From Vicugna vicugna (taxonomy: Eukaryota): 64,000 bases of DNA. How positions within the stretch are numbered: position 1 is the stretch's first letter; every line of letters begins with the position of its first letter. The stretch is from assembly GCA_013265495.1 (NCBI GenBank), contig MU058636.1, forward strand, positions 6,855,741-6,919,740. Direction: 5' to 3'. The translations under genes and the position numbers were made by a program. Positions 54,136 to 64,000 of the stretch are shown here, piece after piece. Below the pieces are notes generated by a model. The model had not been told where the DNA came from, searched no databases, and saw only the letters and a list, made by a program, of their open reading frames with translations.

Positions 54136-55224
54136 TTATTTATTTAAGTGGCATTTGGGCTGGGTTTTGAAGGCTATGGACAAAGGAGGTTGAAGAAACT
54201 AGATTACTTTACACATCCCATTAGGAGCACCAGTGAGTCTTTCTGTGTTCGCAATACAGTGTGTCACTGCTCCCTCTGTCTATAGCACGTTTTATGCAGA
54301 ACACTAACAGACACATGCACACAAGTAGTAGGACAGAGTGGTGATAATGACCTGTTCAGAGGCTTCCTAGGGCATTGCACTACTTACAAGAGGGAAAAGT
54401 TAAGATAAAAGCCATGTGTTACTTATTGTCCCCTTTCTTTTCCAAAGGAAATGTGTTTTAGATTGCATTACTGTCTAGTTCCTAGAATTTATACTGGTAG
54501 ATTCAGCCGTAGAAATTGTATTTCTTAATCAAGGAAAATGCTCTTATTGGGACTTGTATTTATAGTATTTGCAACACTCTTGTCCTTTTCCCTTGGAAAA
54601 GGACCCATACCATTGAAGGAGCACAGAAGAGCTTGGGAAATTAATCAAAGAGAAGGTCATAGAGCACACATTTCTTCCTGGCATCATTGTGCTTTATTGT
54701 GGCTACTTATGATGTTATGTCTCATTTGCTTCCAAATTTTTGTCAAAAATGTTTTTCATATAATTAATGCATGTTTCTTCATTCCTATTATTAGAAGTTA
54801 AATAGAGTAAACTGGCTTTTAGAATAAAACAGCTTTTAGCCAGCTTTCTTCTCTTTAGTCATTGCCACATCTCTGATTTTCAGCCAGTTTTTCTCAACTC
54901 ACAATCCCTATTCCATCACTTTTCAGAGTTTTGTATAGCTCTTAGTGCTGGTTGTTATTCTCCTGGACATTACAACTCTGAGCTGTTTAATTAGACTCTC
55001 AAACTTAAGCTAGGAGCTTGATTATTTGGCCTACGGTTAAGCTAAAAGGAAGGATTCTTCTCACCAATATTTTTTAAACTATTATCTTGACCAATTATAG
55101 GACATAAAATCAAGTTAATAAGTTCTCATCAGCATTTTTAATAACAGGAAATAGTAAATAATGGAAAAAACAATTGGACATATTGCCTCTTGTTCAAATA
55201 AGTACTGTTTTCAGGAAGGGAAAG

Positions 55225-55625
55225 AAATGAAAAATGAAAGTGAAATTAAGAGATACAGAGGTAGAGTAAGAAAGTTTAACTTACAAATCATCAGAATTGA
55301 GAAGGCAAAAAATACAGAGTAGGGGAAATTCAATACTTTAAAAGATGGTGTGAATTTTTAAGAGCTGATTGAAAACAAGAATATAGTGATACAGGAATCA
55401 CAATGTACCTCAAGTAGGATAAATACAAAGAAATCCATGCTAAATGCATGATACTGAAACTGGACAATGCCAAAGATAAAGAGGTAAAAGCACTCAGAAG
55501 GAAAGAACTGATCATCTATAAAAAGGAAAAAATTAGAATAACAGCAACCAAAAAAGCTGGAAGAAAGTAACTTACTACTTTCAAAGTGTTGAAAAAAAGA
55601 ATTCTCAGTAATTGTATATGCAAGA
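55225..55625 (+). mobile_element. Old L1/HAL1 ORF1 fragment
   Basis: gatacaggaatcacaatgtacctcaagtaggataaatacaaagaaatccatgcta...actgaaactggacaatgccaaagataaagag. Confidence 0.7.
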
Positions 55626-55865
55626 GAAATATTTTTTTAAATTATTAGGGATGATGGTGGAGTAATTTTGTGACATTTTGACTTACTCTAGTCCCATCCT
55701 TTGTTCCTCAACTCAATGGAAACCATAAAAAATAGCACACATTACAAGCACTGTACCAGAGAGAGCAAAAGAGACATCATCAGCAAAGAATTTTAATCAC
55801 TTACTTATTTTGATCTGTCTGGTGACTCCCTGGAAGAATGGCTTAAAAGATTTGTCTTATTTTTA

Positions 55866-55992
55866 GGGGAGGGTATAGTTCAAGTGGTAGAGTGCTTTCG
55901 AGCATCCATGAGGTCCTGCGTTCAATCCCCAGTACCTCCTCTAAAAAAATAAATAAATCAGTATACCTGATTACCTTCCTCTCCCCGCCAGA
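55866..55992 (+). mobile_element. tRNA-Ala-derived SINE, camelid Vic-1-like, with perfect 19-bp TSD
   Basis: GGGGAGGGTATAGTTCAAGTGGTAGAG...GTTCAATCCCCAGTACCTCC; TSD AAAAGATTTGTCTTATTTT at 55845-55863 and 55993-56011, preceded by TT (L1 endonuclease TT/AAAA site). Confidence 0.9.
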
Positions 55993-57369
55993 AAAAGATT
56001 TGTCTTATTTTGCCTAACTTAGAACTGTCCTATAGTTTAAAACAAAAAATCCTGAGGGCATTTATTGAAAATACTTATAGGCTAATGTCTTCGGTTACCA
56101 CTCCCAGAGCTGATAACAGTTGAGGCAAATGATAGACAATCCAAAAAACCTGAGAGGAACAACAGGGGAATGAGATGTACCCAAGTGCTTTGAAAAGCTC
56201 TGATATATTCCTGGAAATCTAAAGGGCCATGCACATGCTTAACTTTGTTGTTCATGCTTTGGAAAAACCCGAGAAGGCTCTATAAACTCTCACCTTCTGC
56301 TGACATTGGGACTCTATGGAAGCAGAAAGTAAATGCAAAGGTAGAGTTGAAACCTGCATGGCTGAGTGTTCAAGGGCTGTCCAGACACATACACAGCTCC
56401 TGGAGAAAGTCTAGGAGACATTTCTGGATCTAGGCATTGAAGGAAATCTCTGCCTAATCATTAGCTGCCACTAAGATAATGAAAAAGCGACTTCAGTAAC
56501 CACACATGAATAAGAATACAGACTTAATAAAATTAGTTTAGAAAAGTCAGTTCAACAAACAGGCAACACATAAAAACAGAAAACAAGTCCTGGGGAGAGG
56601 AAAAAATCAGATTTAAAAAGTTGCCATATTATAATATTAAAAATGTCAAATTTTCAAAAAATCAACAGAAACTGCACTTAAGGAAGTAGACAGTAGACTT
56701 TCTAGACAAGGATATTAACTATTTAAAATATATTCCATGAGTTAAAGGAAATATATCTAAAGAAAGAAAAGAACATATGAGAACATTATTTAACCAAATT
56801 TAGAGTATCAGTGAAAATAGAAATTATTAAAAAGAGTACAGAAGTTCCTCAAAAAATTAAAATTACCATATAATCCAGCAGTGTAGACTTTAGAAATTTT
56901 GGAGTTGTGAAGTACTTTTTAAAAAGAATACAGATCTTTAATCAGTAACCTAAACTTCCACCTTGAGAAACTAGAAAAAGAGAACTAATTTAAAGCAATC
57001 TTTAGAAAGGAAGTAATAAAGATGACAGTTTAAATAAACAAAGTAGAGAATATCAAAATCATAGAAAAGATCAATGAAGTCAATAGCTGGTTCTTTGATA
57101 AGATCAAAAAAATTGACAAAACTTAAGCTAGAATACCAAGGGAAAAAAAAAAAAAGATGACCCCAAAATAAATAAATCAGGAATGAAGGTGGGAACAGTA
57201 TTACCAACCTTACAAAAAGAAAAATGGATTATAAGAAATATTATAAATAATTATATGCCAACAAATTAGGTAACCTAGATGAAATAAAATTTTTGGAAAC
57301 ATAAACAGTGCTAAAATAAACCTAATAAAATTATGAAAATGTTTCTGTTTATAATAACAAAATTTTAAA

Positions 57370-58170
57370 AATATTAATAAGCACATAAAAAGGTGCTTAA
57401 CATCACTAATCATAGAAATGCAAATCAAAACCACATTGGGATACCGCCTTACACCCATTAAGATAGTTATTATAAAAAAATTAACAGTCAAACAAAAAAC
57501 AAAAAATAACAAGTGTTTGTGAAGATGTTGAACCCTTGTATACTGTTGGATTATAAAATGGAGCAGCCTCTATGGAAAAGAATACAGAAATTCCTCAAAA
57601 AATTAAAATTACCATATAATCCAGCAATTCCATTTCTGATTATATACACATAAGAATTAAAAGCAGGGACTCAAAAAGATCTATGTACACCCATTTATTT
57701 ACAAGAGCCAAAAGGCTGAAGCAAACTGTTTGTTGACAGATGAACGAATAAACATAGTGTGACGTATACCTACAATGAACTATTATTTAGCCTTAAAAAG
57801 GAAGGGAATTCTAACATGGGCTACATTAGTGAACCTTCAGGACATTATGCCAGATGAAATAAGCTAGTCATGAAAGAACAAATACTGTGTGATTTCACTT
57901 GCTTGAGCCACCTAGAATAGTCAAACTCATAGAGACAGAAAGCAGAATGGTAGTTGCCAGGGCCATAGAGGTGGAAGATAGGGTAATGGGGAGGTTATTG
58001 TTTAATAGGTACATAGTTTTCATTTTGCAAGATGAATGATGAATGGATTGATGGATGATGATGATAGCAAAACAATATGAATGTACCTAATGCCACTGAA
58101 TTGCACACTTAGAAATGGTTAGATGGTAAATTGTATGTTATGTTATTTGACTAGTTATAAATTTTTTTTA
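57370..58170 (+). mobile_element. Second L1MB-like 3' end nested in the 55650-59790 L1
   Basis: aataagcacataaaaaggtgcttaacatcactaatca...atgccactgaattgcacacttagaaatggtt; ORF2 of the host element resumes at about 58180. Confidence 0.8.
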
Positions 58171-59834
58171 AAGATTCTAATGAGTACATTTAACCAAAGA
58201 AGTTCAAGATTTGTGTACTGAAAACTGCAAAATATCTTTGGGAAAAAAAAGCTATAAATACATGGAACGACCTCCCATGTTACTGAATTGGAAAATTTAA
58301 TGTTTAAGATGTCATAACTCCCAAATTTATCTACAAATTCTATAAAATCCTATCAAAATTTCAGCTATCTTTTTTTGTCAAAAATTTACAACATATCCTA
58401 AAATTCATATGGAATTGCCAAGGACACAGGATAGCCAAAACATTCTTGAAAAAAGAGAATAAAATCAGTGGACTCACTTCATGATTTCAAAACTTACTAG
58501 AAAAGCTGCAGTCATCAAGACAGTGTGATATTGAATAAGGATATATGTAACAGACCAATTTAATAGAATTAAGAGTCCAAAAATAAACCCATACATTTCA
58601 TGGTCAATCAACTTTTAAAAGAGTGCCAACTAACTGAAATGGGGAAAGGATAGTCTTTCCAATAGATAGTACCAGAACAACTGGATACCCACATGCAAAA
58701 GAATGAGTCAAGACCCTTTCCTCACACTATATGCAAAAATTAATGTAAAATATGTAACAGATCTGCATGTAAGAACTAAAATTTTAAAACTCTTAGAAGG
58801 AAACATAGGTGAAAATCTGCGTGGCCTTGGGTTAGGTAATTTTTTTTAGATATGACCTCAAAATCACAAGCAAACAGCAGGAAAAAAAAAGATAAATTGA
58901 TAGTCATCAAAACTGGAAACTTTTGTGCATCAAAGAACATTATCAGAAGGTGAAAAGATGATCCAAAGAATTGGGGGAAATATTTGCAAATCATGTGCTG
59001 ATAAGGGTCTGGGATCCAGAATATATAAAGGACTATTACAAGTCAACAATAAAATGACAAATATTTTTAAATTAAGCAGAAGATTTCAATAGACATTTCT
59101 CCAAAGAAGATATACAAATGGCCAATGAGCATATGAAAAGGTACTGAACATCATTAGTCATTAAGAAAATACAAATCAAAACAATGAGATACCACTTCAC
59201 ACTCACTAGAATGTGTATAATTTTTTTAAATGAACAGTAACATACATTGGTATGGTTGTGCAGAAACTGGAACCTGTAATTGTCACAGTTGTTGGTGGGA
59301 GTGGAAAATGATACATCCAATAGAAAACAGTTTGGCAATCTCAAACAAGTTAAACATAGAATTATTGTATGACCCAGCAATTCCACTCTTCAGTATATAC
59401 CTAAAAGAACTGAAAACATCTGTGCACACAAAACTTACCCAAAAGTTTATAACAGAATTAGTCATAATAGCCAAAACGTAGGAAAAAGCAAATGTTTACC
59501 AACTGATGAATGAATAAACAAAATATGATATAAACATGCAATTAAATATTTAGCCATAAAAAGGAATGAAGTACTGATATATGCAACAACATGGATGAAC
59601 CTGGAAAACATCACGCTGAGTGAAAGAAGCCAGAAACTAAGGCCACATATTGCGTGTTTCCTTTGATATGAACTGTCCAGGCTAGGCAAATCTGTGAACA
59701 CTGAAAGTAGATTATTGGTTGCCAGGTGATTGAAGGGAAGGAAGGAGAGGAAGTTGGGACTAACTGCTAATAGACATGGGGATTTTTTTGGTTTTATTTT
59801 TGTTTTGTTTTGTTTTTATTGTAATAATTTTGAA

Positions 59835-60075
59835 CAGGAGAGAGAGCTGTGAGGGTAGGAGATTGTAACCAGAGAGTAGATTGTGGGGACTTAAAGATTT
59901 AAGGAGTGAAGCTGATTATGGCCAGTAGAATAATTTCCTGAAGTGAGGTAGAAATGAAGATTACAGGGAATCTTGGATTTAGGGATTTGTAGTTCCCCTT
60001 AAAAAGATCAGGGCATTGTGAGGCATCGTGATGAATGGTTGTCCACATGGCTCATGAGGTCACCGAGAATCACTC
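59835..60075 (-). mobile_element. L2 internal fragment, antisense
   Basis: Purine-rich tract ending gttgtccacatggctcatgaggtcaccgagaat, like the reverse of the L2 endonuclease region. Confidence 0.45.
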
Positions 60076-61478
60076 TTAAGAGTCAGGTAAGAAGATACAT
60101 GGATATAAAACATCACACATTAGTTGATCTATGACTCGTAAGTGTCAGAGCTAGGACAGACTTTCAGACAATTGATACAATTTCTCTTGTGTTTCTGAGA
60201 CATGAATCTCCCCCACCCCAACCCCTCCTCTGCCACCATGTGTTTTGGCTTTGCCAGTCCACTGTTTCGATCCCGGCAATAGTTACTATTAACCAGCCAG
60301 ACCATGAGTCTCTCCCTTCCTGCTGTCTTCTGTTAATCTATTTAAATTTTGTAATCTGCACTAATTTGCACATATTAGATTTCTTTCTGGCTTTCTTCAG
60401 CCTTCATGCACCAGACAAAGCTACTGAATGAAATACTCTTATATCTCATGCTCTTTTCTCTTTTGAAGCCTATCTATAACATATAGACTAATGATGTCAT
60501 CGAAGTTAGTATTTGGAGTCTAAGTTATTATAGTCTTCAGCTTATTTTTCTGAGGCTCCCTCAGTAATTAAGTTTAAGACTATCTATGTGATTGTTTGCC
60601 CTCCAACATTATTTACAGAGGAGTTTTAGCCTTTTTTCCAGGCATTGTGGTTTCTAGCAGATTCCCCAAACCATCGTGTTTTCTGAATAATTTATGTTGT
60701 TGTTAAACTGCATGCTGAAAACTAGACAACAGTCCCCTTGGCATGTGACCACATACCTCTTATGTGATTGGAGAGACTACTGCTACATGTTTCCAAGTGA
60801 TATCTCCACCTGTCCTGCTGCTCTGCAAGATTTTAGGGGTGCCTCTGTCATACTGCCAGGAAGCCCCTGCTGGTCCAAGAGTGAGAGTCGTAATTTAACC
60901 CAAATCACATCATGGAGTAACAAAATCTATGTCAGACCAGACATCAGTTTTGGAAAGATTTCTACTGAGAGCAATCCTGAAATCAGTGCTGCTTAGAACT
61001 TGCTTCAAGGCAGTGCCGTCTTAAAGAATCCTAGCACTGAAGTGAATTTCAGATGTCATTTAGTCCTGTCATCTGTGCTAATTAAAGAATTCAGTCTACA
61101 GATTTCCTAATGTATGGTCATCCAGTTTTTGTGTGAAAATTTACTTCCATGATAGTGAATTCTGTTGTTTTAATCATTTTAAAACAGTGTCAAAAATCCT
61201 TGATTTTTATTGCATTAACTACCTTTACTGAATTAACAGAATCATCTGTTCACAAGATACTGTATTTAAGAGACGTTGCTGTAAGGTTTTATGCACACTT
61301 ACTTATTTCAAACGTCAATGAATTATGATTTAAACTATATAAATTGTATAAGGTAGCTAAATTTATCTAAAATTTATGTATAACTAATAATTTGCCTTAC
61401 TGAAATTTGATTATTGAAAAAAATTGGATTAAGCAAAGCTATGAGGAATAATAATTCCAAAGGTATTTTCCTTTTTAG

Positions 61479-61587
61479 ATTGCTATGCCATGCCATGAAG
61501 GACCATATAGTTCGCGTTGCAAATGAAGCTGAATTTATTTTGAATAGACAGAGAGCAGAGGATGTACATAAACATGCAGAGTTTGAG
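61479..61587 (+). CDS. NBEA: Neurobeachin internal coding exon (109 nt, phase 2 to 0): (R)[37 protein letters not shown]-terminal part of DUF1088
   Basis: Acceptor ttttcctttttag, donor GAG|gtaagg; lies within ORF 61414..61611. EGRLLxHAMKDH is the recalled start of the BEACH-protein DUF1088 domain. Confidence 0.96.
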
Positions 61588-63095
61588 GTAAGGTTTTGGG
61601 GAGTGGATTAAATTCTGCTTTTCTATTATTTGTCAGTCATCACCAATGATAACCTTACGAAAAGTTTCTTTAAGAAGAAAATTTCACTGAAGGCATTTCA
61701 GTTGTTTTTAAAAACTTTATTAAGTGTCAAACACAGAGCATTTTTTTCTTTTTACCTTATTTGCAGTGTGAAGAGATCCCTCCTGCCATGTGCCTAACCA
61801 CTTGGTAGACTGATGTTTTAACTTACTCTTGAAGGCAAATACAATTTTATAATGCAACTATGTTATTTTTAATCATATTTTTACACACCATTAGATACGG
61901 GTATCACAGGGGTTATATGAAGAAACTCAGTTTTACCAAACATCCAGTAATGTACTATTTATTAATGAATCCATCTTCAGAGTGACCAAAGATCATTTTA
62001 GCTTACATTTCATTTTTATAATTAATATTTTATTGACAAATGAAGCAATGCGATTATATGACATATATGTAGATCTATATGTATATGTAGGAATATAATA
62101 GTTTAAAAATCCTAAGTACAAGTTAACTATCATTTAAGTAAAGAACAAATTAACTACCTTTCTATTTCAAAAACTAAAGGATGTTGTAGTATTATTACAT
62201 GCTAATAGTTTTTAAATTAAGAATATTATTTTTATATTTCTAACATGTCAATAATTATTTGCCATTATATTTATTGCCTTAGTTCAACAAAATTGGTTTC
62301 AGAAATATTTAGGTAACCTGGTATTTGGCTTAGGCTGGGCTTCAGTGGCCTTGAAAATAATAAATAACTCCACCAATTTATTCTACTGATGCAGCATGGG
62401 AACAAGGGTGGCGTGGCTGGAAACGAGAGCCCACAGTTTCGGTTTTGATGAGGTTGTTATCTCGGTGTAGCAGCTCTCCTAGCCATGCAGGTTGATGTCC
62501 TGGGTCTCGTGATCTCTGACCTGACTAGCCGAAAAGCATGAAGCAGAGAAATAGCTGTTGTTGCTTTAATACCCGTGACCTCTGCTTGGTTTGTCAGATG
62601 AGACAGCACACACTTGTCATATGGGATTGCAGCAACTTTACTTTGAAAAAAAACAAAAACAAATATTTTAAACTTTGATAAAAGTACTTCAGTAATTGAG
62701 CATTTCTCAAAGTGAAGTTTCGTGTCCCGTCAACTGTAAATAATGTCGGGTATTTATCAGGGAACCATGCTCTGATCTGGATGTCAAGAAGAGACTGAGT
62801 TACCTGTTCTTTGAATAATACATTTAGGTATAAGATATATCAGAACTCTAGACAAAATAAGAATGTTCAAGTAACTCAACTTTTGTTAGTAAATAAGATT
62901 TAGAATATTAACTGAATTCCTTGAAGAATCAGTCTTCAGTCACTCATATTTCTACTAAGAAAATCAAGATGTTTTGTGGCGATATAAGCAGACCAATATT
63001 TGTCATGCAGAAACATTTACAATAGATTTTCAAGCAGCTAAATATTAGTTATAAGCTCTAACGTATATTTAACCAAGATGATATTAAGTTAAGGG

Positions 63096-63330
63096 CAGTG
63101 TTTCTCCACTTTTTAAAAAATTATTGCCCCCCTGAGAAAAAACTTTAGATAGTCGTCATCCTAATAGCTCCGCTGCCTTGAAATCCTGTTACCGCCAGCT
63201 TGCTGCATATCTGTTTGTGTACTGAATGTGCGTCTGTGTTTCATGCATTAAGTGTAAGATTTTTTTCACACACCCCTAACGCCAGTGTTCACCCCCTTGG
63301 GGATGAGATGACTCCTACTGAGGATGCACA
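63096..63330. mobile_element. hAT-Charlie MER112-like element with 8-bp TSD
   Basis: cagtgtttctc...attattgcccccctgag...ttcacccccttgggg...tgaggatgcaca; flanks GTTAAGGG (63088-63095) and GCTAAGGG (63331-63338). Confidence 0.8.
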
Positions 63331-64000
63331 GCTAAGGGAGATAGAGACGCTGTGAAAGGACCATGAAGACTCAGTGGTTTTTACACTGTGTTACACATAC
63401 TGAAATACTAATATACACCTAATGTTGAGAGTATTACCATTGTTACTAAGGAATGTGCATCGCTTTTAAAGCCAAGTGTTTCTCTTTGTTTTTTATAGGT
63501 TAAACCCATGTTAATGAATACATTGATTTGTGTATTTTACCACACATTTATTGCTTTTAAATTACAAAGATATTACAGAAGTCATGACATTTTATACTAG
63601 GACTTTTTGAGGAATTTCTGTCTCTTGCATAAGCCTGTAACTAAGAGAAAAAGTATGTTTAATTTTAGATGGATACTTCACAATTAAGTTTTTGTTTTTT
63701 GGCTTTTTGTTGTTGTTGTTAACCACTGTAACTGTTAAGGAAGAAAAATGAAAATTTAATTTTACTCTCCAATGAGCTAATGAAATATTAACCTCATTAT
63801 GGAGGCAGATGATTGTACTAATTGGTGATTCCCTGTACAAAAAGATAAATGGGAAGATGAATTAATCCTTCTTAGGTTACTGTAGGGTTATTTCCCTGAA
63901 ATAGATGACTAGTGGTGGTAGTCTGTGTCAACAGCTAGATGGAAGGAATATGTCCACACTTTCCATGAAACAGATTTTTACTTTGTAATATGAATGTGAA

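Larger units (their letters stand above)
55650..59790 (+). mobile_element. Internally deleted L1MB-age element (5' UTR, ORF1 start, ORF2 pieces, 3' end) with nested insertions
   Basis: L1M3/M4-like 5' UTR 55650-56670; ORF2-like aaagatcaatgaagtcaatagctggttctttga; ORF 59230..59481 contains [33 protein letters not shown]. Confidence 0.88.

Noticed and set aside
510..61587. LRBA as the gene identity, and the nested MAB21L1 gene
   Set aside because: Diagnostic residues fit NBEA; no long single-exon ORF or CpG island for a MAB21-like gene is present in this window
1..64000. CRISPR arrays, operons, rRNA or other prokaryote-type systems
   Set aside because: Sequence is mammalian intronic DNA; no regularly spaced repeat-spacer array or dense coding was seen

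Overview
Mammalian, AT-rich genomic DNA, almost all intronic. The window lies inside the neurobeachin gene (NBEA, + strand). It holds four short internal coding exons (510-637, 27436-27497, 45059-45123, 61479-61587; 128, 62, 65 and 109 nt) with canonical AG/GT ends and compatible phases. They splice into one open frame: (S)[121 protein letters not shown], which runs into the start of DUF1088. The introns carry old LINE-1, L2, MIR, hAT/Tigger MER and MaLR fragments. Two tRNA-Ala-derived SINEs resemble the camelid Vic-1 family, so the host is probably a camel, alpaca or llama. No new gene system is demonstrable from sequence alone. The best leads are a candidate cryptic or alternative exon at 38557-38664, a 51-bp locally templated duplication inside an old L1, a perfect AT-only inverted repeat and several putative splicing or enhancer elements. 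Repeat subfamily names come from recalled consensus similarity, not a database search, and repeat boundaries are approximate.
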